A stretch of DNA of 47,886 bases from a virus (IMGVR_UViG_2563366951_000006), one strand, 5' to 3'. Shown: positions 28,741 through 38,378, counted from the first letter of the stretch. Notes: a model not told the origin generated them from the letters alone. Numbers and translations: made by a program.

Positions 28741-29208
28741 TTATTTCAGGCATTGCGTCCTGATGTATTCCTGCAGGTAGTTAACCTGCGCGGTTATCTT
28801 GTCGATTCCACTTCGTAGACGGTAATAATTGAGTTCAGCATCTGCTGTAAGTCTTGGGCTTTCTCCATCGCCCATGCTGCTGGCTCCGGTCGTTGACTTT
28901 GCACAGGTGGCGGCGACTTGCAGCCGCTTACGGCCAGCAATGACATCGCTATGCAGACGCTCAATGGTTTCTTTCGCATCAGCCAGTTCTCCGGTGTATT
29001 TGGCATCCAGTGCAGCGACATCACGCTGGCGGGTCTGCATGTCTTTAATGGTGGCGGTCGCCAGGAGGAGTTTCTCAGTGGCCTTATCGCGCTGGTCTCT
29101 GTAAGTGATGGCGTTGTCGCGGTAGTGGTTCACGAAGAAAGCCAGTGCGCCGATTAACGCCAGCACCAGCAACTGCAGCCAGTAACGCTTAACCAGTGCG
29201 CTAATCAT
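28741..29208 (-). CDS. Spanin, inner-membrane subunit (Rz-like)
   Basis: Near-collinear with lambda Rz ([19 protein letters not shown]...[23 protein letters not shown]). Confidence 0.88.
   Translation of the reverse strand: MISALVKRYWLQLLVLALIGALAFFVNHYRDNAITYRDQRDKATEKLLLATATIKDMQTRQRDVAALDAKYTGELADAKETIERLHSDVIAGRKRLQVAATCAKSTTGASSMGDGESPRLTADAELNYYRLRSGIDKITAQVNYLQEYIRTQCLK
28794..28979 (-). CDS. Spanin, outer-membrane lipoprotein subunit (Rz1-like), embedded in Rz
   Basis: +1-frame ORF inside Rz; lipobox LLAVSGC then a Pro-rich segment; start taken at internal Met. Confidence 0.6.
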   Translation of the reverse strand: MRKKPLSVCIAMSLLAVSGCKSPPPVQSQRPEPAAWAMEKAQDLQQMLNSIITVYEVESTR

Positions 29209-29654
29209 GACAGGAACAGAGCTCGCTCTGCCTTGCGGCGATTCGTGAGCCCCGGCATCACCTTTCCGCCTGATTTATTCCAGCGCAGAAATTCATCTGC
29301 CGCGCCTTTTATATCGCCAGCATTCAGCTTTTTCAGCAGTGTAGATGTGGAAAGAGCACGCGACCCAACGTTGTAAGCGAACGACACCAGTGCGTCGAAC
29401 TGGCCTTGTGTCAGCTTCACCCTGACAACTTTCAGCACGTCATTCTCATAACCAACAAGCCCTGTTTTCAGAAGCCTGTCAGCGGTTTGCTGGTCGATAG
29501 TCATACCGCGCTTTACTGGCTTTCCGTCAACCGGATGGGTCCAGCCATAGCCGATGGTCCACGGCGCATCTCCCGTTCCGGGGTCGGGGTAAGCAGTCAG
29601 CCGACAACCTTCAAATTTTTTTATCAGAGCAATTCCGTCAGGACTGGTTTGCAT
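29205..29654 (-). CDS. Phage lysozyme (endolysin, T4-lysozyme-like)
   Basis: [18 protein letters not shown]...GYGWT and C-terminal [11 protein letters not shown]; start chosen at internal ATG 29654 (track ORF extends to 29726). Confidence 0.85.
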   Translation of the reverse strand: MQTSPDGIALIKKFEGCRLTAYPDPGTGDAPWTIGYGWTHPVDGKPVKRGMTIDQQTADRLLKTGLVGYENDVLKVVRVKLTQGQFDALVSFAYNVGSRALSTSTLLKKLNAGDIKGAADEFLRWNKSGGKVMPGLTNRRKAERALFLS

Positions 29655-29970
29655 CGTCAACTCCCGCCTTTTTTGCTGCAAGTTTTTTAATAAGATTGCC
29701 GATCGAATCGGTGCCGATGTATCCAATAAAGACGCTGGCTATGTAGGCGAGGTTGCTGCTCAGGCCGATAAAGTCCAGAAGGTCACGAACGAACCAGGCA
29801 ATCATCGCGCACATCAGCGCATCAATTAGCGTTTTTGTTACCGCGCCGCCGTTATAGCGACCACGCAGATACGCCATGATAAAAGCCAGCATTGCACCAA
29901 TACCCTGCTCCTTGGCGGCAAGTAGCGCAGCGATGAAATCTTGTTTGTATGGCATTTTCATAGGCCTCAC
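29638..29970 (-). CDS. Holin (lambdoid class)
   Basis: 110 aa; three hydrophobic segments; dual-start-like N-terminus MRPMKM; directly upstream of the lysozyme. Confidence 0.85.
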   Translation of the reverse strand: MRPMKMPYKQDFIAALLAAKEQGIGAMLAFIMAYLRGRYNGGAVTKTLIDALMCAMIAWFVRDLLDFIGLSSNLAYIASVFIGYIGTDSIGNLIKKLAAKKAGVDDANQS

Positions 29971-30169
29971 CTCCGATTTTTCGGATGGCGCTGTGTGTGT
30001 GTTTGAAAAGGGTCAGGCTTCACGGGCTGGATTTATCAACAAAGCACGTAGCGGATGATTCCCGTGAGCCTGAAATTGATGAATATGTCTGAAATAACTA
30101 GACCATTAGTAAAACAACTCGATAAATGTGGTTAAATGAGACTACGTTCTCACAACTTAATTAGTACCA

Positions 30170-30340
30170 ATGATTATCAAGCCCTGTCCCTACTGCGGAA
30201 AGTTAATTAACCCAGAATCACTTGTGTGTAGCCACTGCCGGATAGTGAATCCTTTTGTGAAGGCCAGCAGAAGAGAAAAAGCGAAGAATGTATTAGTAAT
30301 CGCTCTCGTTGCTGCTTTTTTAATTTGGATGATTCTCTGA
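30170..30340 (+). CDS. Possible small zinc-ribbon membrane protein (56 aa)
   Basis: ATG ORF below the track cutoff: MIIKPCPYCGKLINPESLVCSHCR... then a hydrophobic C-terminal helix; weak RBS. Confidence 0.3.
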   Translation: MIIKPCPYCGKLINPESLVCSHCRIVNPFVKASRREKAKNVLVIALVAAFLIWMIL

Positions 30341-30778
30341 GTTGCCAGTTTTCAATGAAGATAATGCGGGCAAAAAAAGCCTGCTCGGACGAACAGGCAT
30401 GAAAAATAACAATACCGTCAAGGAGGTGGCGCCGGGTGCCTCCCGGTGGAACAGCCCCAGCCGACTAGTTCCGCGCAAACAAACCTGGACAAAAAAGTTT
30501 GACTGGACGCCCCGCCGCATAGGGGGATTCACCACGAACCAAAAGATAAAATCATCCGGTGACCGGGGCAATATCTAACCGGAACTTTTCAGAATCACTT
30601 ATTGTTTCCTGGAGAGTACATGAGCGTTGGTGAATTCACGTGATGCTTTTGGATGAGCGCTGAACCCAAAGGTCAGTATTTTCACACAGCAATTTTGCAA
30701 AAAGCAGCGCCCATTCAAAACCAGGTCGCTTTCCAGTCACTCCGGGGACCCCATCATCGCAGACCGAAAAGCTTAAAC

Positions 30779-30853
<75 letters not shown>

Positions 30854-30856
30854 ATA

Positions 30857-30932
<76 letters not shown>

Positions 30933-30934
30933 AG

Positions 30935-31008
30935 TGGTCCGCCACCGGAGCCTCGAACCCCGTACCACAACACCTGGGTTGCCGCTCTTCCCGATGAGCT
31001 AGTGGCGG
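30935..31008 (-). tRNA. tRNA-like gene with non-canonical anticodon arm (anticodon unassigned)
   Basis: Perfect acceptor (CCGCCAC/GTGGCGG), D and T arms; best anticodon-arm fold is GCAAC/GTTGT around a 6-nt loop CCAGGT. Confidence 0.5.
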
Positions 31009-31010
31009 TC

Positions 31011-31087
31011 TGGTGGCCCTTGCTGGACTTGAACCAGCGACCGGGCGATTATGAGTCGCACGCTCTAACCAACTGAGCTAAAGGGCC
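31011..31087 (-). tRNA. tRNA with CAT anticodon, Ile2-like (lysidine) or Met
   Basis: Manual fold: anticodon loop CTCATAA; resembles enterobacterial ileX as I recall it. Confidence 0.75.
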
Positions 31088-31212
31088 GGGAGCAAGAAGA
31101 TACATAGGTAAAACTACCCTTGCAATAATATGGTTTTATGATGAAAAACAATCAGGGAAATGGTTAAATATCAAGCGGCAGTGCTTTCAATCTAACCAGA
31201 GCAAGGGAAGAT

Positions 31213-32163
31213 ATGATTTTTATTAAAAACGGCAATAGCTTTGATCGCATTAATGACTGGACAGAAATTCAAGCTCGGGAAAGCTATCATTCCAGGCTGG
31301 AACTGACCGATCAACAATTATCCGATGTTTTTGGTTATTATGATGACCTCCCGGAAGAAATCCCGTGTGGCAAGTCGAGCTGTCGAACAGGCCATAAAAA
31401 AGGGTTTCTTGTTCTTACTGAGGATGGTCTGGAGACGAACCTGGGTCACGTTTGCGGTACAAAAGTCTTCGGTATAGCATTTGAAAACCTAGCCACTGAC
31501 CTCGAGAAAAAGGCAAATTTCCACAGATATCTAACAGCCCTCAAGGAAGCCAAGAAAAATATTTTTCTCCATTACCAAGCAAAAGCCAAAATCGAAGCCA
31601 GTGAACCATCATTAGAATGGGTCGCACATAAAATTTTAGATTTAAGAGATTCTAAAGTAGTTGGCCGAGCCGGGAGTCAAGCTTTGAAACGTATGGCTGC
31701 TTTAGGAGATGGAAAAGTTTTACTTCCCAGAAGGAAAACCAAGGAAGAAATGCAGTTGTCGAATGTTATGTCTCAAAAACCTTCCGATAACGAAGATGAA
31801 AATGCTGAGGATAATGTAAAACCACAATTCATCGACGAAGTAATTGGCATTGTTCGTAATCCTGAATGCCTCCTCAACGATTATAACATAGCGCTAATCT
31901 TCGAAAGAGATATTCGCCTTGTGCTGGAAGAACTCAATAATTGCAATCCTGACGATATTCCTGAGAAGAAGGTCATGTCATTAGGATTAAAAGTTTCCAG
32001 GCTGAATGAAAGATTTCAATTCCTTCAGGATCGTTTTGAGAAAGCATGTATATATCTCACAAAGGAAAACTTTAAACCTTTAAATCATCAACTACATTTG
32101 AAAAAATCAATTAGCAATAAAGATAAGGCCCTTTTCAGTTCTTTCGTTAACTCGCTGCCATAA
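31213..32163 (+). CDS. Hypothetical protein (316 aa), moron between the Q-like gene and the tRNA/lysis block
   Basis: AT-rich ORF on the strand opposite to the late operon, followed by its own terminator; no family recognised. Confidence 0.65.
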   Translation: MIFIKNGNSFDRINDWTEIQARESYHSRLELTDQQLSDVFGYYDDLPEEIPCGKSSCRTGHKKGFLVLTEDGLETNLGHVCGTKVFGIAFENLATDLEKKANFHRYLTALKEAKKNIFLHYQAKAKIEASEPSLEWVAHKILDLRDSKVVGRAGSQALKRMAALGDGKVLLPRRKTKEEMQLSNVMSQKPSDNEDENAEDNVKPQFIDEVIGIVRNPECLLNDYNIALIFERDIRLVLEELNNCNPDDIPEKKVMSLGLKVSRLNERFQFLQDRFEKACIYLTKENFKPLNHQLHLKKSISNKDKALFSSFVNSLP

Positions 32164-32165
32164 AA

Positions 32166-32193
32166 AAGCCCCGCAAGGGGCTTATTGTTGAAA
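32166..32193 (+). terminator. Rho-independent terminator of the moron gene
   Basis: agcccc-gcaa-ggggct hairpin followed by a T-rich run. Confidence 0.6.
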
Positions 32194-32271
32194 TCTTTCA
32201 GGCGTTACTCCGCATGATTAGAAGCATACACGACAACTTCGGACAAAATCAAGCCTTATGTCGTAATAATG

Positions 32272-33108
32272 CTAAATTTCGTCACCTTCTTCGCCTAAAC
32301 TGGTTGCAGATTGAAATTCTCTTGCGGCGTTTCCCTCCTCCTGCTGACAAATGCTTACCAGCGCCTCAAGAAACGGTTTCCAGTTGCGAGTCCATGTTCT
32401 GACGTGCAGATCCGGAACGCGCTTCAGTATCACTTTATAGGCTGCGGTAGACGGCACCGCAGAAAATCCATTTCCGCTGCAGCGCTCGCAGGTTTTAAAC
32501 ACCGGCGCGCCGCGCTCGCTTGTGGCCTTGCGGTCTAGAACCTCGCCTTTACCGCCGCAACGACAACGGGCGCTGATCGTTCCCTTGCCTTCGCAAGCAT
32601 CACAGACCGCCGGTACAACCTCTGTTACCTCCATCCACTGCTCCCAGTCAGACGGTCGAACAGCACGAGAGCGGCAGGCCCAGTATGGAGCTTTACCCCA
32701 TGGGTACGAAACCTTGCGGGTAATCTGTTCGCGGGTTGTTCGTCCGGTACCACTGCAGCTGTGACACGTCACGCTTGTAGCCGCCGAACGTGAATAATCA
32801 GCAAAGGCAAATTGTGCCAACATCTGCATGCACCATCCGAACTGCCCACCAGCTGCTTTGCGAACATTCTTCGGTGCGACATCCATCGCATATCGCGCCA
32901 GCGCCTGAACTGCGAGCTGTTCATCCGTTTTGCTGATTCCCGCTTTACCGAAGAACGCCGCCAGTCCGAAGCGCGCACGGCTGCTGGTGGTGCCAATTGC
33001 CGCCATTACATCTGTTCCTGTAAGGCGGTCCGGAGAGGTTCCTTTCACGTCGTCGCTGATGTGCACACCCTGAGGGCTAAAGTGTTTTAGTGATGCTTCC
33101 AACTTCAT
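32272..33108 (-). CDS. Putative late-gene antiterminator (Q-like) with DnaJ-type zinc-finger repeats
   Basis: Four CxxCxGxG repeats (CHSCSGTG, CDACEGKG, CRCGGKGE, CERCSGNG); located upstream of the late operon. Confidence 0.5.
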   Translation of the reverse strand: MKLEASLKHFSPQGVHISDDVKGTSPDRLTGTDVMAAIGTTSSRARFGLAAFFGKAGISKTDEQLAVQALARYAMDVAPKNVRKAAGGQFGWCMQMLAQFAFADYSRSAATSVTCHSCSGTGRTTREQITRKVSYPWGKAPYWACRSRAVRPSDWEQWMEVTEVVPAVCDACEGKGTISARCRCGGKGEVLDRKATSERGAPVFKTCERCSGNGFSAVPSTAAYKVILKRVPDLHVRTWTRNWKPFLEALVSICQQEEGNAAREFQSATSLGEEGDEI

Positions 33109-33416
33109 TGAATGGTTTCCCCCTTTTCAGCAGTGCCAAACCAGCCAGGGTGCGCCCACTGGACATCAGTCACTTTATCGCCGTTACCCCACAGCGTCAG
33201 AACACGCATAGCAACGTAGTGCATAAGGATTTTTTCATGCTCTCGCCACTCATCATCAGGAGTGTCTTCAACAAATTCAGCGATGGCGTCAGCAATAAGA
33301 CCGAAACACTCAGGAAAATCACTATGACCGATTGCGATGTCTTTTGCCGTTTCCTGAAGCTCCATAAAACGCTGCTTGGTAAAGAGATACGACATTTCTC
33401 TAATTAGGCGATCCAT
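33105..33416 (-). CDS. Hypothetical phage protein
   Basis: Start taken at ATG 33416, adjacent to the stop of the primase-helicase gene. Confidence 0.45.
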   Translation of the reverse strand: MDRLIREMSYLFTKQRFMELQETAKDIAIGHSDFPECFGLIADAIAEFVEDTPDDEWREHEKILMHYVAMRVLTLWGNGDKVTDVQWAHPGWFGTAEKGETIQ

Positions 33417-33417
33417 T

Positions 33418-35289
33418 TTAATACCTCGTTGCGTTGGTGGCTTCCCACTCAATATCAAGTTCACTTTGCTGTTTGCCGGCCAAGTAATTGAAGGGCCCTT
33501 TATCACCCTCGATAAACTGGTGTGAGCGGGAATCAAAGTTAGCCCCTATGTCTCCGATCCAGCCTTCCCCTTCACGTTGTTTCAACAGGCGGATCATCGA
33601 AGCGGGCATTTGGATAGCAGTCTGTTCGTCCTTATCAAGGCTCTCATACCCCATTCTTTCAGCTTTGCGCTGCGCCAGTTCGCGCGGGATATTACGCCAG
33701 ACCGCCATAACGTTGTCGGGCATGTCAGTTAAAGCGCCAGTGCCTTTTACGTCCATCTTTCCTGTTGGAGCGGAGTCGTTTGTTTTTCTGGCGTGGGTAA
33801 CCAGCAGGACGTGACAGTTATGCTCGTTCTTGAAGTCGCACAGCGTATCGATGAAGTCCTTCTGACCTGTGTAGTCTTCTTCGTCTAAGCCACATTTAGC
33901 CAGGTTATCTATGACGAACAGCTCAATGCCATAGCGACGCCGGGCATAGGCAAAAATCTCAAGAAGCCGGTCTGCTTTGGCAGTTCCGGTAAGTTTGAAT
34001 ACCCAAAGGCGGTCAGAAAACCATTCGTTGGTCATAATGATTTCTTCACGTTTCGGTGAGGAAGTGCAGATGGTTTGCCGCGTGAGTCGGGCAAGCATTT
34101 TGCCTGGTTTAAGCTCCAGAGAAGCAATACACGTCCTGACGCCCTGACTCATCGCATCAATCGCGATATGTCCAACGAGCTCTGTTTTTCCATGCCCATT
34201 AACGCCATTAACGAGGGTCAGTTCACCGGCACGGAACTTAAAGTTGTTGTTCAGCGAAGCCCATGGGCTTGTAAACAGACCGGTATCCCGATGTTCGAAT
34301 GCCTCGATAGTTTCCTGAAGCAAGTCCCCAGCTGAGCAAAGCTCATCGGGATCGAAGAATTTGGCGCGCTCCATGTATTCCAGAATGGAGTCGCTGTCCA
34401 TGCCGTTCATCAGGCAATCGTTGATATCTTTGTGGGGAAGTTCAACCATGCGGCAACGATGTTCCCCAAGACGTCTGGCGATTTCTTTTGCAGCTTCACG
34501 GCCTACATTGTCGTTGTCCAGGCACAGCCAAATTTCCTGGAAGCGATCGAGGTTATGGTATTCATATTCAATCCACTGCTGTTTGGCCCCTTTGCCACCG
34601 CCAAAGGGAACAGACAGGGCATCATAGCCAAGCTGCGTAAAGGTCATGCAATCAATCTCACCTTCGCACAGAACTACCAGGCGGGTGTTTTTATCCAGAG
34701 CCTGCCAGCCAAACAGACATGGTTCGCAATCAGCTTCAGCCATAATCAGTTTTTTGCCGTTTGGCCTTTCGGTTCCAATACGTTTTACCTGTAGCAGTTC
34801 ACCATTCCGGATGTACGGGAATGCCACTGCTGGTACCTCGCGGCTTTCGTCGTGATACCAGACCACCGCATCTGTTACCTTAAAGCGATCGGCTGTTTCA
34901 CGGGTAATGCCACGTGAAGCAAGGTAGTCATAGCATTTGCTGGCCGATTTAACGCCCTTTTTCGTCGGACGAGAGAACAGTTTTTTCTTCGCTTCGAAGT
35001 GGTGGTCGTCATCTTTCAGGCCAAGAAACTCTTTCGCCTCTCGCATTGCATCATGCAGCTGGCAGTTACGAACCAACACCCAGAGATCCAGCAGGTCACC
35101 GCTGTCACCGCTGGCAAAGTCAGCCCATGATTTTTTACCGCCGATATTGACCTTGAGGCTTTTGCCTGAGTCACCGTTCGTATTGCCAGCACACCACTCC
35201 TTCCCCTCCAGATGTCCTTTCGGAAGGAGAAACTTAGCGACGCGTTCAGCGTTATCCCATAGTTTTTCTGATAGTTCAGCTGGGCTCAT
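33418..35289 (-). CDS. Bifunctional primase/helicase (TOPRIM + DnaB-like)
   Basis: TOPRIM-like LVVLCEGEIDCMTF; Walker A GVNGHGKTE; 623 aa. Confidence 0.85.
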   Translation of the reverse strand: MSPAELSEKLWDNAERVAKFLLPKGHLEGKEWCAGNTNGDSGKSLKVNIGGKKSWADFASGDSGDLLDLWVLVRNCQLHDAMREAKEFLGLKDDDHHFEAKKKLFSRPTKKGVKSASKCYDYLASRGITRETADRFKVTDAVVWYHDESREVPAVAFPYIRNGELLQVKRIGTERPNGKKLIMAEADCEPCLFGWQALDKNTRLVVLCEGEIDCMTFTQLGYDALSVPFGGGKGAKQQWIEYEYHNLDRFQEIWLCLDNDNVGREAAKEIARRLGEHRCRMVELPHKDINDCLMNGMDSDSILEYMERAKFFDPDELCSAGDLLQETIEAFEHRDTGLFTSPWASLNNNFKFRAGELTLVNGVNGHGKTELVGHIAIDAMSQGVRTCIASLELKPGKMLARLTRQTICTSSPKREEIIMTNEWFSDRLWVFKLTGTAKADRLLEIFAYARRRYGIELFVIDNLAKCGLDEEDYTGQKDFIDTLCDFKNEHNCHVLLVTHARKTNDSAPTGKMDVKGTGALTDMPDNVMAVWRNIPRELAQRKAERMGYESLDKDEQTAIQMPASMIRLLKQREGEGWIGDIGANFDSRSHQFIEGDKGPFNYLAGKQQSELDIEWEATNATRY

Positions 35290-35396
35290 AACTCACAAAC
35301 TCCGTAAATCGAATTTAACAAAAAACCATCTCACAAATCCCTCGCACAGAACGCCGTGGTTATATCCGGCCACCAGCACACGCTTGAGGAGTATTT

Positions 35397-36380
35397 TCAT
35401 GGGCGATACCCGCCACGGTTCATGCGATCGATCGCTGACTGATTGATAAACACCTCGGCAGAGCCGTCATCAGACTTTGCGTACCACTCGTAGCGAGACT
35501 GGTCTTGTCGGGTAGGGACTTTGTTTTCCTGGGTCTCTACCAGCCACGGTTCATCGAAATGTTTATCCGGCCCGAAGAACGTCGCCGCCTGCTTGACGAA
35601 CGAAGTACCGATCTTTCCCTCAGAGGCCATGAAAGCTGCGTAGCGCTTAACCCCTTCCAGCATCGTCTCTGGTTTTACGCCCTGTTTAATACGTGCGTTC
35701 CAGGCTTTGAATGCGCTTAGCTTGTTATTTCCACCGCTACGTTTTGGGTATGCCTGCCAGGCTTCTTCAAATGCAGGAGAATAATCAGTTGAAGATTTCA
35801 CTTTCGGTGTGTCGGCTTCAGCCGATGCACCAAGATATTTATTCTCTGTATTAATCTTCTGTGTAGTCTCCTGGTAATCTACTGTATGAATGGATGCGGA
35901 ATTTCCACATGACTGCTCGTTGGTTTTCCCCATACCTGCATGCTGGTTTTCCGCATCACTGTTTGCGGAAATTCCGCATCCTTGTTTGTTGGTTTTCCCC
36001 ATACCTGCATGCTGGTTTTCGCCAAGTAGAAGTTCTTCCAAGCGCTCCTGGTTTACTCTGAAATATAATTTTGCTGGGATGCCACGTTTTGCTTCTTCCA
36101 GTACGCCACAGGAAACCAGCTTTTTACGCGCTCCCTCTTGTTCGTAACGCGTTAATCCAGTCTCTTCTTCGAGATCTGTCTGGGTTTTGTAGAACCAATT
36201 CCCTTCCATGCGGTTCTGCCAATAGACAATCTGTGACAATAGCAATGCACCTGTAATACCCACGCCAAGGCGAACGAAGGACCGTTGAAAGGCTATTGGA
36301 CGATCAACGAGCTGTAAGAAATTGCTCACTCCACAACCCTCCTGAAATAATTTTGAAACTTCCAGACAGGCTGCATGCAT
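35397..36380 (-). CDS. Replication initiation / replisome organiser protein
   Basis: N-terminal winged-helix-like region; internal tandem protein repeat ENQHAGMGKTN encoded by iteron-like DNA repeats. Confidence 0.65.
   Translation of the reverse strand: MHAACLEVSKLFQEGCGVSNFLQLVDRPIAFQRSFVRLGVGITGALLLSQIVYWQNRMEGNWFYKTQTDLEEETGLTRYEQEGARKKLVSCGVLEEAKRGIPAKLYFRVNQERLEELLLGENQHAGMGKTNKQGCGISANSDAENQHAGMGKTNEQSCGNSASIHTVDYQETTQKINTENKYLGASAEADTPKVKSSTDYSPAFEEAWQAYPKRSGGNNKLSAFKAWNARIKQGVKPETMLEGVKRYAAFMASEGKIGTSFVKQAATFFGPDKHFDEPWLVETQENKVPTRQDQSRYEWYAKSDDGSAEVFINQSAIDRMNRGGYRP
35891..36021. repeat. Iteron-like tandem direct repeats plus 15-bp palindrome (candidate origin)
   Basis: 33-bp perfect repeat gttggttttccccatacctgcatgctggttttc at about 35919 and 35989; palindrome tgcggaaattccgca at 35964..35978. 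Confidence 0.6.
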
Positions 36381-36523
36381 TCATGCGGATAATTCTGCCT
36401 GGTGAAGTACACCTGCTGTTTATCCCGATTCCAGCCGGTGACATGCACAATCACACCGCGCGGATCGCGATAATCGATATCCAATGGCTTAACTTGGTTT
36501 TCGGTAGTGATCGAGTGCGACAT
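36326..36523 (-). CDS. Hypothetical small protein (cII-position ORF)
   Basis: 65-aa ORF between the cro-like and replication genes; overlaps the annotated replication-gene start by 55 bp. Confidence 0.3.
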   Translation of the reverse strand: MSHSITTENQVKPLDIDYRDPRGVIVHVTGWNRDKQQVYFTRQNYPHECMQPVWKFQNYFRRVVE

Positions 36524-36524
36524 A

Positions 36525-36770
36525 TCACACCTCAGAACCGCTCTTGAAAACCAACTGTTCTTTTGTAATAACTGGCTTATTCACGAATGACTTTGATGCG
36601 CTCTCGATCGCCAATGCCAGTCTGGGGGAAGCATTGCGATGACCATAAGCAATGAGATTCAGGTATCCCGGAGATGTGCCTGATTTTTTAGCAAGATCTG
36701 CCCACTGCTCTTTTGTTGAGCACTTACGCCAAGCAAGTAATTGGTTGTTCATTACGGTCTCCTGTTGCAA
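36525..36770 (-). CDS. Cro-like HTH DNA-binding protein
   Basis: 81 aa; divergent from the cI-like repressor across an operator-containing intergenic region. Confidence 0.6.
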   Translation of the reverse strand: MQQETVMNNQLLAWRKCSTKEQWADLAKKSGTSPGYLNLIAYGHRNASPRLALAIESASKSFVNKPVITKEQLVFKSGSEV

Positions 36771-36863
36771 TGAATCAACTTTAGCTTTTTGCTAAATTAA
36801 ATGCAATAATCATTTAGCAGTTTGTGTATTTACCACATTGCTAAATAATGAGATTATTTTGAC
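36771..36863. promoter_or_regulatory. Right operator/promoter region between the cro-like and cI genes
   Basis: Three copies of the half-site TTGCTAAAT / ATTTAGCA at about 36790, 36813 and 36839. Confidence 0.55.
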
Positions 36864-37553
36864 ATGGACATAAAAAGCATACGCAAATCAAACCTTGAGC
36901 AGCTCATTGTTGAGTTCCTGAAGCGCGACAGACATACGACAAAAGCAGCTTTCGCAGAATTGTGCGGGATAAGCCCTGCCCAGTTGAGCCAGTTGCTTGG
37001 GGGCAATAGCCATCGAAACATAGGGGACAAAATGGCCAGAAAGATTGAACAGGCCTTGGATCGTCCGTTTGGGTGGCTGGATAGTCCACACAATGCTCCT
37101 GGCAGTATTAAAAGCGAGTTGGAGTATGTCGGATCAGTCCGTCCGGGAGCTGTACCAGTTGTAGGGGAAGCGATTCTTGGGATTGACGGAATGATCGATA
37201 TGCTAGAGATCCACGCTGGATGGCTACAAATATACAGCGCGGATAGGGATGCCTATGGGCTGAAAGTGAAGGGAGACAGCATGTGGCCACGCATACAGTC
37301 TGGAGAATATGTCGTCATAGAGCCAAACACCCAAGTTCATACAGGTGATGAGGTTTTTGTGCGAACAAAAGATGGGCATAACATGATAAAAATCATGAGT
37401 AAAACTCGCGATGGCGATTATCAATTCTCAAGTGTAAACAGTGATCACAGGCCCATCACCTTAAGTCCTGATAGCATCGAGAAAATGCATTTTGTTTCAG
37501 CTATTGTTAAGCATACGCGTTATGTTGACAATGATGAAATGCCCGCCCTGTAA
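36864..37553 (+). CDS. cI: Prophage repressor, CI-like (HTH + S24 LexA-type peptidase)
   Basis: N-terminal HTH (TKAAFAELCGISPAQLSQLL); C-terminal S24 motifs (KVKGDSMWP ... EVFVRTKDGHNMIKIM). Confidence 0.9.
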   Translation: MDIKSIRKSNLEQLIVEFLKRDRHTTKAAFAELCGISPAQLSQLLGGNSHRNIGDKMARKIEQALDRPFGWLDSPHNAPGSIKSELEYVGSVRPGAVPVVGEAILGIDGMIDMLEIHAGWLQIYSADRDAYGLKVKGDSMWPRIQSGEYVVIEPNTQVHTGDEVFVRTKDGHNMIKIMSKTRDGDYQFSSVNSDHRPITLSPDSIEKMHFVSAIVKHTRYVDNDEMPAL

Positions 37554-37659
37554 ACCCCATCTTTATCCCCCTCCAACCGACCTGATGGTCGGTTTTTTTA
37601 TGCCCACCGAAGAATAATAATAAATAATTATATTATTTATCAAATACATAAAAGAAAAA

Positions 37660-37715
37660 GTAAATAATTTAGCATTTATCATTTGCATGGCTTTTACCAT
37701 TTTGCTAAATTCACT
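37660..37715. promoter_or_regulatory. Left operator/promoter region downstream of cI
   Basis: Same half-site as an inverted pair: aatttagca at 37666 and ttgctaaat at 37702. Confidence 0.45.
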
Positions 37716-37742
37716 TCATCAGCAGACAACGGAGCCTATGAA

Positions 37743-37955
37743 ATGAATGTAGAGCAAATGCTTTCCGAGAACGGAACTGTCCACAAAATTGCGATGGATA
37801 TTGATCGTGTAATCAATGCGCTTGAGTACGCAGAATCAGATCCAGGTGTTGCATATAAACCAGCGGCACTCATTAAAATTTGTATCAATCAGTTAAGGGA
37901 TAATCTTTCTGTTCTAAACCATGAACTTGGTTATGATTGGCCGGAGAATAAATAA
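37743..37955 (+). CDS. Hypothetical early protein
   Basis: Start taken at ATG 37743 with GGAG 8 nt upstream (track ORF begins at 37683). Confidence 0.4.
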   Translation: MNVEQMLSENGTVHKIAMDIDRVINALEYAESDPGVAYKPAALIKICINQLRDNLSVLNHELGYDWPENK

Positions 37956-38378
37956 ATGAAAACTCCATTAGACATGCTTCATGATATCGTCGCTCAGATT
38001 TCCGAAGGCAATACTCTTCTGGAAATGATTTATAGAAACACCGAAGAAATGAACGAGGAAACTGATTGCGGCTTAGCCTGCCTCATTCGCTCTTTCGATA
38101 AAACCCGTGAAACAGCTTACGCATACATCGAAGAGTTAGCAAATACTGCAAAGACAGTTAACCCCCCCCCCATCGGGAATAGAGATGATATTGCCGATGA
38201 TATTTTTTATGCCACAGTCAGCGCTGCAAAACTCAGGGAACTGGCTCACGTATATAACGAATCATATTTTTCAGGAAAAGACAGTGATGACGCTGATTGC
38301 CTGATGGCATCACTTATTTTCGATAATACCATTAAGGTACATGAATTACTGAAAAGCATCGAAATAAAATTAAATTAA
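37956..38378 (+). CDS. Hypothetical early protein containing a C10 homopolymer tract
   Basis: 140-aa ORF; ten consecutive C at 38162..38171 encoding NPPPIG. Confidence 0.5.
   Translation: MKTPLDMLHDIVAQISEGNTLLEMIYRNTEEMNEETDCGLACLIRSFDKTRETAYAYIEELANTAKTVNPPPIGNRDDIADDIFYATVSAAKLRELAHVYNESYFSGKDSDDADCLMASLIFDNTIKVHELLKSIEIKLN

Noticed and set aside
32214-33090. Plus-strand ORFs overlapping the Q-like gene
   Set aside because: Antisense to the zinc-finger Q-like ORF, which has the better coding signal.
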